Shown here in pieces: positions 1 to 9,455 of a DNA stretch of 50,363 nt. The notes under the pieces are model-generated. The model had not been told where the DNA came from, searched no databases, and saw only the letters and a program-made list of their open reading frames with translations. This DNA comes from Promethearchaeota archaeon (lineage in GTDB: Archaea > Asgardarchaeota > Lokiarchaeia > Sigyniarchaeales > SOKP01), in contig JABCSY010000018.1 of assembly GCA_018238625.1 (NCBI GenBank), forward strand, positions 1-50,363, in the 5' to 3' direction. Each line of letters opens with the position of its first letter. Within the stretch, counting starts at the first letter, position 1. Position numbers and translations under genes: made by a program.

Positions 1-92
1 GGTTAGTTGTTGATGAACATCTGATATTATTAATTAATACAATTAATGTTTTCCTAAAATCTTTTGCTCTAAATAAACAACGTCAAATTTGA
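1..92 (+). CDS. possible 3' end of an unidentified gene (partial)
   Basis: Frame from position 3 is open (LVVDEHLILLINTINVFLKSFALNKQRQI) to TGA at 90-92; too short to identify. Confidence 0.35.
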   Translation, partial: LVVDEHLILLINTINVFLKSFALNKQRQI

Positions 93-140
93 AGAGCGTG
101 ATTTTAGCATTTATGAAGCTAAAGTAAAACGATTTTGGAA
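62..140. repeat. 79-bp direct repeat, copy 1
   Basis: ttttgctctaaataaacaacgtcaaatttgaagag…aaagtaaaacgattttggaa recurs at 573-651 with 3 mismatches. Confidence 0.95.
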
Positions 141-143
141 ATA

Positions 144-425
144 TTAATTTAGTTTATATAAATTTGTTAAATCTTTTAAATTTCCAAAAGCCGAAATCTT
201 CCAAGCTTCATGATATTCTGGATATTCTTTAATATAAAGATTTCTTGTATTTCTAAAGGAATCCCTCATTTTTCCTATCGATCTTAATTTTCCCTTAATA
301 GATTCTTTTATTCTCTTGTGTTCCACATATTTAAGAATATTAGTAAGATTTCCCTCTATTACAAGTAGATCATGTATAATATGCTCTAAAGTGTCATAAA
401 AATCTATAAACTCTCTTTTATTCAT
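144..425 (-). CDS. hypothetical protein (93 aa)
   Basis: ATG-started ORF with protein-like helical composition, lying between the two 79-bp repeats. Confidence 0.55.
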   Translation of the reverse strand: MNKREFIDFYDTLEHIIHDLLVIEGNLTNILKYVEHKRIKESIKGKLRSIGKMRDSFRNTRNLYIKEYPEYHEAWKISAFGNLKDLTNLYKLN

Positions 426-572
426 AACAAAAATAAATCCATATATCCATTTTTCTATTTTTCCATCTAATTAAACTTGTAAGATTTTCTCAATACAAAA
501 GATGATATTAAATTTTTTAATGTTTTTGATTAATTTTTATATTTCTTATTTTATGAGTAAACTATATGTTTT

Positions 573-651
573 TTTTGCTCTAAATAAACAACGTCAAATT
601 TGAAGAGTGTGATTTTAGTATTTGTGAAGCTAAAGTAAAACGATTTTGGAA
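573..651. repeat. 79-bp direct repeat, copy 2
   Basis: 76/79 identical to 62-140. Confidence 0.95.
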
Positions 652-715
652 GTTTTTGTATGGGATTATAAAATATAATAAATTTTCTTAGATTTTTTAG
701 ATTTTTTTTAATTAT

Positions 716-1156
716 TCATTTTAGTTCTAAATATTGAAGACGTGAGTACCCCTTTTTTATGAAGTCATAATCAAGGAGCTCGATTTTTTCTGGAATGATC
801 TTCAAGAGGAGCTTTCTTTTTCCTCGGACTATTTTTTGAACTTTTTCAAAATCATCGTCCCCTTCTCTCAAAAAAATCAACCTCTCTTTACCAGAAGCGG
901 TAATTTGCATCCCTTGGATTTTACCGGTATCCATAGGCGTATAGATTCCAATACTGACTTTTGGATTTTCCTCGATATTTTTTACCTTTCTACCCGGAGC
1001 AGGACCCACATAAATATTAAAATCGTTAGATTTCTTATCCATGTAGAAATCCATTGGCGTGGCGCGAGGTACGTTATTCGAACAAGTGCAGAGTACAATT
1101 ATCTTTCTTTTTTCTAAAAAATCCCGTATTTCCTTTTTTAGCTCTTCTTCAGGCAT
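716..1156 (-). CDS. pyridoxamine 5'-phosphate oxidase-like FMN-binding split-barrel protein
   Basis: VLCTCSNNVPRATPM and RKVKNIEENPKVSI motifs; start moved to ATG 1156 (MPEEE), with GGTGA upstream. Confidence 0.8.
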   Translation of the reverse strand: MPEEELKKEIRDFLEKRKIIVLCTCSNNVPRATPMDFYMDKKSNDFNIYVGPAPGRKVKNIEENPKVSIGIYTPMDTGKIQGMQITASGKERLIFLREGDDDFEKVQKIVRGKRKLLLKIIPEKIELLDYDFIKKGYSRLQYLELK

Positions 1157-1275
1157 TATTTTTCCAATAATAGATTCACCTTGATGCAATTAATATGAAT
1201 TATAAGGATTTTTTAAAAAAAAGGTTATGGAAGGATGAAAAATTTAATTGATGAATCCGGCTTCTTTTTTTTAGA

Positions 1276-1881
1276 TTAAAGGAATGATTGATTGAGCAAG
1301 AATTCTAAATTATTATCGGTGAGAGTTATGAAATCTTTTGTAATTAATTCACACGACTCTTTCGCTCCATCATGTATCCAATTGAGAATAGAATTCAGAT
1401 AACCTGCTGTATAAAACTCAGAAATTCTCTCTTTCGAAACCCTTATTTTTGAATCATCTGGTTGGATTAGATTCAGCAATAAAATGAAGAATTTTTTGAT
1501 GGTACTAAAGATCAGGTTATGTTTTGAAATAATTGACTTACTTTCGCTTAATTGAATATATAATTTCGAATAACGTTTAAAATATTTCACGGTTTCCAGC
1601 AATCCTTCCCAATATTTTTCAATTAGTTTATCATTTTCAATACCCTCTTCAAGATATATCTCATTCTTCCACGCTTCTATTAGATAATCTTCTAATAAGT
1701 CACTTTTATCAGAATAATGAGCGTAGAATGTTGTCCGATAGATCATTGCTTGTTTAGAGATCTGTTGGATTGAAATATCTTTTAAATCCTTCTTTTCAAG
1801 CAATTTTGCGATTGCTTCTCGAAGTAGATATTTGGTTCTTTGAACTCGTAAATCTTCATTTTTTGATTGTTGATCTTCCAT
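1276..1881 (-). CDS. TetR/AcrR family transcriptional regulator
   Basis: DLRVQRTK…ISIQQISKQAMIYRTTFYAHYSDK helix-turn-helix; start moved to ATG 1881 because the upstream extension runs through promoter repeats. Confidence 0.9.
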   Translation of the reverse strand: MEDQQSKNEDLRVQRTKYLLREAIAKLLEKKDLKDISIQQISKQAMIYRTTFYAHYSDKSDLLEDYLIEAWKNEIYLEEGIENDKLIEKYWEGLLETVKYFKRYSKLYIQLSESKSIISKHNLIFSTIKKFFILLLNLIQPDDSKIRVSKERISEFYTAGYLNSILNWIHDGAKESCELITKDFITLTDNNLEFLLNQSFL

Positions 1882-1977
1882 ATTTCTATACAACTCTAAT
1901 TTCTTTTCATACTTTCTTGTTGAATTAAGATTTATGTAGATACAAGTAAAAATGTTTTTACAGCCAGCAATTAATTT

Positions 1978-2056
1978 TGTTTTAATGCAACAATGTGGGG
2001 AAAAACAAAATGGTGTTTTAATGCAACAATGTGTCATAAAACAACAATGTTTTTAA
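1978..2056. promoter_or_regulatory. candidate TetR operator array in divergent promoter
   Basis: Perfect 20-bp direct repeat tgttttaatgcaacaatgtg at 1978-1997 and 2014-2033, plus AAAACA…TGTTTT dyads. Confidence 0.55.
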
Positions 2057-2100
2057 ATATATAAGGATTATTATAATGTAAACATCTTGGAGAAAAAAAA

Positions 2101-3099
2101 ATGAAGAAAATGAAGAATCATATTACGATTCCATATAGAGAAGTTAATCACGGTAGCTTTGATGAGGAGTGGCTTCCACATAACAAAGTTTCTGGTTGGT
2201 GGTATGTTACAGGTTATTTAACTGAGGAAGGAAATTCAAACCTTTACTCTTATCAATATACTCTGCTTAAAGTGAGAAGATATGGTTTCACATTCTATGT
2301 ATCAATGATTGGATTTACAGATTTTCAAACCAAGGAACACTACTATCATCAACGATTTGGATTTCAGGGAAAAAAAATTTATGTGAACAAAAATGAGGCT
2401 GTCTTTCTTCCTTATAGTTCACTGACTAAAAAAGAAGACATTTTTAACATTATATTAGAAACTGATAAGATTAGTCTTAACTTGACCCTAAATAAAGGGA
2501 AGGGGGCTTTTTGGCATGCTGATAATGGAGTTTTAGTAATGGGAAATAAAAAGGATAAAAAACAAAGGACTGTATACTATTCTTATCCTAACATGCCAAC
2601 GAAAGGAATAGCTACTATAAAAACAAACGAAAAGAAACTTAATTTGACTGGAAGCTCATGGTTAGACCGACAATGGGGTTCTTATGATCTGGTTGACGCG
2701 TCTACCCATTGGGAGTGGTTTTCGTTACGGTTTTTTGATCAAGAAGAGATAATGCTATTTGCATTTCCTCAACATCCTTATCTGGATGGAACATACATAA
2801 CACAAAACCGAGTGAGTGTTCGAGTTAGAGATTATGAGCTTTCTCCTGTTGAATTAGTAGAAGTTGATGGATTAGAGTTTTCTAAGGGCTGGAAACTAAA
2901 GATACCAGGAATAAAAGAAGAGGAATACACAATTCAACCCCTCTTGGATGGACAATTGAACCTTGCTTACTATGAACTACTAGCAAGCATTTTCAATACC
3001 AAGAATGAACTAGTAGGATACTGTTTTGTTGAACTCTTACCTGGAGTAAGAAATCCTGACAAAAAGATTAAAGCTTTAAATCTATTTAAGAGAAAATAG
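2101..3099 (+). CDS. AttH/CrtC-like lipocalin-fold protein (putative hydratase/hydrolase)
   Basis: WWYVTG, YYSYP, GSSWLDRQWG and WEWFSL motifs typical of the family. Confidence 0.75.
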   Translation: MKKMKNHITIPYREVNHGSFDEEWLPHNKVSGWWYVTGYLTEEGNSNLYSYQYTLLKVRRYGFTFYVSMIGFTDFQTKEHYYHQRFGFQGKKIYVNKNEAVFLPYSSLTKKEDIFNIILETDKISLNLTLNKGKGAFWHADNGVLVMGNKKDKKQRTVYYSYPNMPTKGIATIKTNEKKLNLTGSSWLDRQWGSYDLVDASTHWEWFSLRFFDQEEIMLFAFPQHPYLDGTYITQNRVSVRVRDYELSPVELVEVDGLEFSKGWKLKIPGIKEEEYTIQPLLDGQLNLAYYELLASIFNTKNELVGYCFVELLPGVRNPDKKIKALNLFKRK

Positions 3100-3306
3100 A
3101 CCCTTAATTCACTTAATAGACATCAGAAATCTTCGGTAAAAATGTAAACAATGGTATCGCTCTATTAACGAATACGATAAGGAAACTCAATTAATCCTGT
3201 TTGATAAGCAGTTGGTTATTCTAGTAATTTATTTCCTGAATTTCCGTAATAACGAGAAATACTACAAAAATTCCTATTTTTTTTTATATTTATATGTAGA
3301 ACATTA

Positions 3307-4449
3307 TTAAAGTTGGCTTATGTTAGAGTGTGGAAATTCTGTTCCATCAATTGCCGCTTGAACGTAAGGAGAGATTGGCCCTCGTCCTAAAGCCATAATC
3401 CTAATTTTCGAGCCTAACATTGGATTTATGGAAGTCCCAAATTTGAGAGAAGCGTCTTCAGGAATTTCGCTTGAGACTGTCGAGATAATTTTATCTATTT
3501 GGGATAGAGATAGCTGGTGGTCTCCCGAAACTGAAACTATACAATTATCGACTTTTTTAGTATCTGGTTCTAAAAGGGGGTTGTGAAGCGCTAATCTCGC
3601 TTTTTTTATTAAATCGGCTTCGGCCCCTAAAGATTCTGTGATACCTATTAAACCAGAAGGGTATTGCCCTTTTTTTTGAATTACTCTTCTCACATCAGCG
3701 TAATCAATGTTGATCAAACCACAATTGTTTATCAAATTAATAATTTCGTTAATACTTCTAATTAAAACCTCATCCATTATCTTAAAGCCAGTTAAAATGG
3801 GGAGCCTTTGATTGAAGCGTAGAAGATTATCATTTGGGACAGGGATTAATGTATCAGAATATTTTAGAAGTTCTTCTAAACCTTTTTTTGCTCTTAGGCT
3901 TCGTTCAGTCCCTTCAGATGAAAAAGGCACCGAGCAAAACGATACTACCGTAGCGTTGTTCTTTTTTGCTTCCCTCGCAACTATAGGTGCTGCACCTGTG
4001 CCTGTGCCCCCTCCCAATCCAAACGTTAAAAAAACCACATCTGCGTTTAAAACTTGCGAAAGTCGATTGACATCTTCTTCTGCAGCGGTAGTTCCAACAC
4101 TAGGATCGTTACCTGAACCTAACCCATTACAAGTTTCCTTTCCTATTAGTAGTTTTTGATTAGAATTTGAATAATATAAATCGTGAGCGTCTGTGTTAAT
4201 ATTTATAGTTTCAATAAATTCAGAACCCATATCTCCCATTCTTGACACCGTATTGTTTCCGGCACCACCAATTCCAACTACAATAGATTTTATCTTTAAA
4301 ACTTTTAGTAAATCCGAAAGATATTTATCGCTATCTAAATTAGCGGAGCTGTTAGAATTTACATTTTGACGGGCAATTTCGTTAAATCTAGACCTTACTG
4401 ATGTTCTTGATTTCGCGAGATCGCTTAAATCTAATTTATCATTATTCAT
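3307..4449 (-). CDS. ftsZ: cell division GTPase FtsZ
   Basis: VVGIGGAGNN, NTD, GGGTGTG signature, PFSSEG, T7 loop GLINIDYAD; ATG start at 4449 preferred. Confidence 0.95.
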   Translation of the reverse strand: MNNDKLDLSDLAKSRTSVRSRFNEIARQNVNSNSSANLDSDKYLSDLLKVLKIKSIVVGIGGAGNNTVSRMGDMGSEFIETININTDAHDLYYSNSNQKLLIGKETCNGLGSGNDPSVGTTAAEEDVNRLSQVLNADVVFLTFGLGGGTGTGAAPIVAREAKKNNATVVSFCSVPFSSEGTERSLRAKKGLEELLKYSDTLIPVPNDNLLRFNQRLPILTGFKIMDEVLIRSINEIINLINNCGLINIDYADVRRVIQKKGQYPSGLIGITESLGAEADLIKKARLALHNPLLEPDTKKVDNCIVSVSGDHQLSLSQIDKIISTVSSEIPEDASLKFGTSINPMLGSKIRIMALGRGPISPYVQAAIDGTEFPHSNISQL

Positions 4450-4940
4450 AATTATCAACCACAATTAGGAGCAATTTGCTATATAATATTGAGTAATATA
4501 TCCAAATAATATAAGAAAGTATTATTCATGTAATATCTAAAATCGGTTCGAATCTATTTTATTTTAATATCACGACCATATCATTACTCTTCAAATATTA
4601 CTGATATAACATTTGAATAGTACAAAGAGAATATAATAAAATTAAAGAAATGCTTGATGTTTATATTTTTATTCCTCCCTTTTTTTTTTTCTCACAATTT
4701 TCATAATTTACGACAAATTTACAGGTTTATATATTACACCAATTTTCATAACAGAATTTTAATTGTAAAATAAGAAAGAAGAAGAATTGTTTAAAAAATG
4801 ATTAAAAATAAAGATTTTCATAATGCAACCTATAATTCAATCGAATTTCCACTTGTTCGTGTGAATAAAAGAACTCATTTAAAAGTAAATAAATTTATAA
4901 GACTGAATTTTCATTAAATATATGTTCGGGGTTAAATATT

Positions 4941-5180
4941 ATGGAAATTGAACTAAATAATAAAACAACTGATAAGACTTTCAATGATTCTGATAATGAG
5001 AATCTAATCAAGGTGAGAGCTATAATTAGTTGTCCATCTGGAGATTATATAAAAAAGTTCAGAAATCAATTTCCTAGAAAAGATTTGGAGCTTATGGTGG
5101 TGGCTTTTAAGATATTCGATTTCATGACTTGTACTAAATGTGGAGAACTGTTAAATCTTAATTTAGAGTTCGAAATTTAG
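4941..5180 (+). CDS. small hypothetical protein with degenerate zinc-ribbon (CPSG…CTKC)
   Basis: ATG ORF with purine-rich upstream sequence; one CxxC and one CPSG knuckle. Confidence 0.65.
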   Translation: MEIELNNKTTDKTFNDSDNENLIKVRAIISCPSGDYIKKFRNQFPRKDLELMVVAFKIFDFMTCTKCGELLNLNLEFEI

Positions 5181-5252
5181 CTAATATAAACAAATTTCTT
5201 CTATAACTCGTTCTAAAAATTAGCAGAAACTTAATTTTAGGTTTTAAAAAAA

Positions 5253-6563
5253 TTAGATATTAAGTTGAATTTGTCCGTAAGTCCCACCACCACCTGGTGT
5301 ATATTCAATTTTATTTGCTCTTATTGCTTCAATGACAGACGCAACCCCTTCGTCAACTTTAACGATTTTTTCCATAGGGGTTTCTATTAAAACCTCAAAT
5401 TCGGTTCCAAGTTCATTTATTATTTTATTATAAGCATCTAAAACTGTCTTGCTATTCGTGCTTTTAATATTTTTAACGGATCGTATTATGTCAAATAATG
5501 GTACGGCGTTAATGTATGGCGGTCTATGGTTAGGGTGTATTGGTTCTGGTGAAGTGGAAATAACTTCAATTCTTTCACTTACACCTAATTTAATTTTAAT
5601 GTTTTTATTGAACTTTTCCTTACAAGCGGGGCATGTCACTTTTCCTTTAGCAATATTGTTGATATACTCCTTTCTTGCCTTCGTTGGATCGTTTGCGAGA
5701 ATATTTACAAAATCTTTCGTTATTGAATATTGATTAAATAAAGAACTACCTTGCTTTTTTGTTTTCTTGAATATAATTCTTCTTCTACATTTATGGCAAA
5801 ACATATTAAAGTATTTTCCTATTTTGGGATGAAGTCCTACATTTAATTCAATTTTGCGTTGATTTTTTCGCTCGATTGCTAAAACTAATTCTTCGTAAGA
5901 GGGATTTTCCATTTTGAATTTATTAAATTCTCTTCCTAAAGCGCGTGGCCCTTCAGAATGGGCATCACTATTGCTAAGAAAAGTTACATTTTTAAGGCAA
6001 TCTAATCTATCAGCTAAATCTGTGTTGGCAGATAACCCTAATTCTACAAATTTGACTTTTTTTTCGGCATCTTGATAACAATCTTTAAGAGTCTTAAATT
6101 TGTTTTGCCGAAAAATTGCTTTGAAGGGGGTAAAAGCGTGTGCGGGTCCGATCATTGCCCCAAAATCAGTGATTATGTCCACTAATTCAGCAGGAGGTAA
6201 GTTCACTCTCGGACGTCCGCCCCACTCATTTAGAAGATTTTTCGAATAGGGTTTAATTTTTTTTTGAACTTCCCTTACGGTTGAAAAGTCAGGGAAAAAT
6301 ACTACTTCGTGAACGCTTTCGATATCTTCAATTTCAGTTTGTAAAATAAAGAATTTATCTTTATATGAGAATGATCCGTCATTATTCTTCTTTAAATTCT
6401 TTTCTAAATACTTCAGCCAATCAGGTTGCAACACATCTCCAGTTCCAAGGATATCGAGTCCTTTTTTTTTGCAAGTCTCAACCATGGTATCTAAATTTAG
6501 GTTCTTAGATACTGCTATTGAATGTGGTGAGTGGATATGTAAATCTGTATTAAAAAAATCCAT
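5253..6563 (-). CDS. PHP-domain endonuclease Q family protein
   Basis: DLHIHSPHS, GTGD, GPAHAFTP, ELGLS, SNSDAHS, two CxxC, IKLGVSERI, PGGGGTYG. Confidence 0.9.
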   Translation of the reverse strand: MDFFNTDLHIHSPHSIAVSKNLNLDTMVETCKKKGLDILGTGDVLQPDWLKYLEKNLKKNNDGSFSYKDKFFILQTEIEDIESVHEVVFFPDFSTVREVQKKIKPYSKNLLNEWGGRPRVNLPPAELVDIITDFGAMIGPAHAFTPFKAIFRQNKFKTLKDCYQDAEKKVKFVELGLSANTDLADRLDCLKNVTFLSNSDAHSEGPRALGREFNKFKMENPSYEELVLAIERKNQRKIELNVGLHPKIGKYFNMFCHKCRRRIIFKKTKKQGSSLFNQYSITKDFVNILANDPTKARKEYINNIAKGKVTCPACKEKFNKNIKIKLGVSERIEVISTSPEPIHPNHRPPYINAVPLFDIIRSVKNIKSTNSKTVLDAYNKIINELGTEFEVLIETPMEKIVKVDEGVASVIEAIRANKIEYTPGGGGTYGQIQLNI

Positions 6564-6621
6564 AATTATTAAAATTTAAATTTTAATCAAATAAAAAGTT
6601 TAATTCAAAAAGAATAAGCAA

Positions 6622-7734
6622 TTATTTATTTTCTAATTGCCACTTAGAACGCCTTTCCTTCCATTCATTAACTTTCTCGGGTTGCCCTAAATTCTGATAA
6701 CAAAGAACCATAGATTCCCAAAAATCTATATCAGAAGGATCGAGCGAGATACCTTTTTTAAAATGTATTAAAGCCTTTTTAAAATCATTCTTTACATCGC
6801 AATAAATTTGGCCTAATTTCTTGTGAGTATTAACGTTATCTGGGTCGACTCTGAGAGTGTTTTGAAAATAAATTATGGCGTTATCAAAATCTTTTAAAGC
6901 GCTATAGCTAATTGCTAAATTTTCATATAATATCGCGTCGTCTGATTGTAGGTTCAAAGCTTGTTCATAACATTCTACCGATTCCTTGAAGTTTTCTTTA
7001 AAAGTGTATGATAATCCTAAGTTATTCCAAGCTTCTACGAAATAAGGGTTGAGTTCTGTTGCCTTTTTGTAGCAGTCGATTGCTAAATCGTAATTATTTT
7101 GTTCATAAACAACATCCCCTAAATCAAACCATAATTCGGCGTTATGTGGATCGAGATCAAGCGCTTTTTTATAGTGCCTAATCGCTTCCTCATAATTTTG
7201 AATGTTATAATAAATAATCGCAAGATTATTGTACAATAGCGGTTCGTCGGGGTTAATGTTTAGAGCCTTTTCATAGCACTTTATTGCCCTATCGTACTGC
7301 TCGTTTGCTTTATAAATTAAAGCGATACTATTCCAAATATCAGTGTATCCCGGATCATATTCTAAAGCTATTTTATAAAATTTTAACGCTTTGTCGTATT
7401 CTTCTAAGTCTTCGTGCGCAAATCCTAAGTTATAGTAAGCAACTGCGTCGTCTGGTTCGATCTTAAGTGCTTCTTGATAGCATTTTATTGCTTCTTTATA
7501 CTGACGCATCATACTGAACGCTAAGCCTAAATTATTCCAAACTTCGGAAAAATAAGGGTTAATTTCGATCGCTTTTTGATATGACTCTATTGCATAATCA
7601 TACTTGTTTTCGTCGTAATATGCATCTGCTAAATTAATCCACGCATCAGCGTCGTTAGGATCTAATTCAGTTGACTTCTTATATCGCTCAATCATTTTAC
7701 AATTCAGATATTTCTTAGAAAAAAAATGTTTCAT
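6622..7734 (-). CDS. tetratricopeptide repeat protein
   Basis: About 10 tandem 34-aa TPR units (AWxNLG…AIxxYxKALxxxP); alternative start at 7695. Confidence 0.95.
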   Translation of the reverse strand: MKHFFSKKYLNCKMIERYKKSTELDPNDADAWINLADAYYDENKYDYAIESYQKAIEINPYFSEVWNNLGLAFSMMRQYKEAIKCYQEALKIEPDDAVAYYNLGFAHEDLEEYDKALKFYKIALEYDPGYTDIWNSIALIYKANEQYDRAIKCYEKALNINPDEPLLYNNLAIIYYNIQNYEEAIRHYKKALDLDPHNAELWFDLGDVVYEQNNYDLAIDCYKKATELNPYFVEAWNNLGLSYTFKENFKESVECYEQALNLQSDDAILYENLAISYSALKDFDNAIIYFQNTLRVDPDNVNTHKKLGQIYCDVKNDFKKALIHFKKGISLDPSDIDFWESMVLCYQNLGQPEKVNEWKERRSKWQLENK

Positions 7735-7774
7735 TCCTATTATTTTTTTGGAAATTTAAAAAGTTTATAAATTA

Positions 7775-8011
7775 CTAGTCAATAATTATCATTTTATCTT
7801 GAACTTGATCAGTTAGGAGAATTCTTAGGTAACTTTCATTGTTTCTGAAATTTACTTCTTCTAATTTACCCTTTACTAACACACTTTCACCATTGATTGC
7901 TTATTCGCAAAATCTTCCTCTAAACGAGTTAATTTCATTAAGATTCTTTAAATTTATATTCTCTGAAATAATTTTACTCTCTAAAACTTATAGACGCTCT
8001 ATTTATAAGAG
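7775..8011 (-). pseudogene. 3' remnant of the nucleotidyltransferase gene at 12327-13367
   Basis: Aligns to ~12327-12565 (…GKLEEVNF…YLRILLTDQVQDKMII); contains TAA in place of CAA (Gln) and a 1-bp deletion. Confidence 0.85.
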
Positions 8012-8012
8012 C

Positions 8013-8288
8013 AACTACCTTGCTTTTTTGTTTTCTTGAATATAATTCTTCTTCTACATTTATGGCAAAACATATTAAAGTATTTTCCTATTTTGGGATG
8101 AAGACCTACATTTAATTCAATTTTACGTTGATTCTTTCGCTCGATTGCTAAAACTAATTCTTCGTAAGAGGGGTTTTCCATTTTGAATTTATTAAATTCT
8201 CGTCCTAAAGCGCGTGGTCCTTCAGAATGGGCGTCACTGTTGCTAAGAAAAGATACATTTTTGAGGTAATCTAATCTATCAGCTAAAT
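8013..8288 (-). pseudogene. internal fragment of the EndoQ gene
   Basis: 276-bp ungapped copy of 5744-6019 with 11 substitutions by my count; lacks both ends of the gene. Confidence 0.9.
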
Positions 8289-8350
8289 TTTATAAATTTA
8301 AAATTATTTTATAAAATTATTTTAATAATTAAAACAAATTAAGAATCGAT

Positions 8351-9406
8351 ATGGAACTTCAAGAATTATTAGCAAAAGGATCTCGGGAATTAGAGTTCAA
8401 GTCCTATAAAGAAAGGCGATTGAAACCAAATCACGTCCGAGCAGAAGCGATATTAAGTGGAATAAGTCATGGCACCGAGTTAAACTTTTATCGAGGTACT
8501 GCCCCATTTTATAATAAAATCTTTGATATGAAACTACGAGTGTTTTTGGAAGGCCACAATTTTTCATCATATCCTATAAAATCAGGGTATGAATGGTTAG
8601 GAAAAATAATAGCGATTGGAGAAAGAGTGAATAATTTTAAGGTAGGAGATTTAGTTCACTTGCCCCTTGGTCATCGCACCACGCATACTTTTGCTGATGA
8701 CTGGCAAACAAATTATGGCGTGGTAAAGCCGTTACCAGAAGGATTTAATCCAGATGATAGTATCTTTTTAGCCTTAGCGGGAGTTGGCTTACAAGCGGTT
8801 CATGATGCTCACATAAAAGTGGGAGATAGAGTTGTTGTTTTTGGGTTGGGAACGATTGGGTTATTTACAATCCAACTTGCCCGATTAAATGGTGCCACAT
8901 GGATTGATGCCGTTGATCCCATACCTGCAAGGAGGGCTCTTGCAAAGAAACTTGGAGCAAATGAAGTTTATAACCCTATTGAACAAAACATTGGAAAAGA
9001 GATCAAGAGTTTAGGACCAGAAGGCGGACCAGATATTGCAATTGAGGCATCTGGAAATTATAATGCGCTTCATGATGCCATCCGAAGCGTTCGAATGGCT
9101 GGTACGGTCGTTGCTGCAGGGTTTTACCAAGGAGATGCTGTAGGGCTTCGATTAGGGGAAGAATGGCACCATAATCGAGTGACAATGTATTCAAGTATGG
9201 GTGTGTGGAAATGTCCTCACCGAGATTATCCTTCTTGGAATAGAGCGCGCATTCATGATACCATTAAAACATTGTTCCAAGAGAAAAAATTGAAAGTTGA
9301 TGGTTTCATAACTCATAGAATACCCTTCCAAAAAGCTTCGGAAGCTTATGAGCTCATTGATAAAAATCCTAAGGAAGTGATTAAAGTAGTTCTTACTTAT
9401 CAGTAA
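8351..9406 (+). CDS. medium-chain dehydrogenase/reductase (zinc-binding ADH superfamily, sugar/polyol dehydrogenase-like)
   Basis: SGISHGTE, GYE, VFGLGTIG Rossmann motif, IEASG, ITHRIPF. Confidence 0.85.
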   Translation: MELQELLAKGSRELEFKSYKERRLKPNHVRAEAILSGISHGTELNFYRGTAPFYNKIFDMKLRVFLEGHNFSSYPIKSGYEWLGKIIAIGERVNNFKVGDLVHLPLGHRTTHTFADDWQTNYGVVKPLPEGFNPDDSIFLALAGVGLQAVHDAHIKVGDRVVVFGLGTIGLFTIQLARLNGATWIDAVDPIPARRALAKKLGANEVYNPIEQNIGKEIKSLGPEGGPDIAIEASGNYNALHDAIRSVRMAGTVVAAGFYQGDAVGLRLGEEWHHNRVTMYSSMGVWKCPHRDYPSWNRARIHDTIKTLFQEKKLKVDGFITHRIPFQKASEAYELIDKNPKEVIKVVLTYQ

Positions 9407-9455
9407 TGCTTGATTATAAAAATTAAATTTTTTTAAAATCTTATCGTGATATAAA

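Noticed and set aside
1882-2037. 52-aa Cys-rich N-terminal extension of TetR (HCCIKT twice)
   Set aside because: It is the translation of the 20-bp promoter repeats; the family-typical start is at 1881
4465-4940. Long AT-rich intergenic region beside ftsZ as an origin or ncRNA
   Set aside because: No ORB-like repeats, cdc6 gene or stable GC-rich structure; consistent with a divergent promoter region
6622-7734. Periodic DNA similarity suggesting a repeat array or CRISPR
   Set aside because: Explained by protein-level TPR repeats; no identical repeats with unique spacers anywhere in the window
7839-8181. ORFs 7839-8039 (+) and 7999-8181 (-) as real genes
   Set aside because: They are antisense or internal pieces of the duplicated NTase and EndoQ remnants
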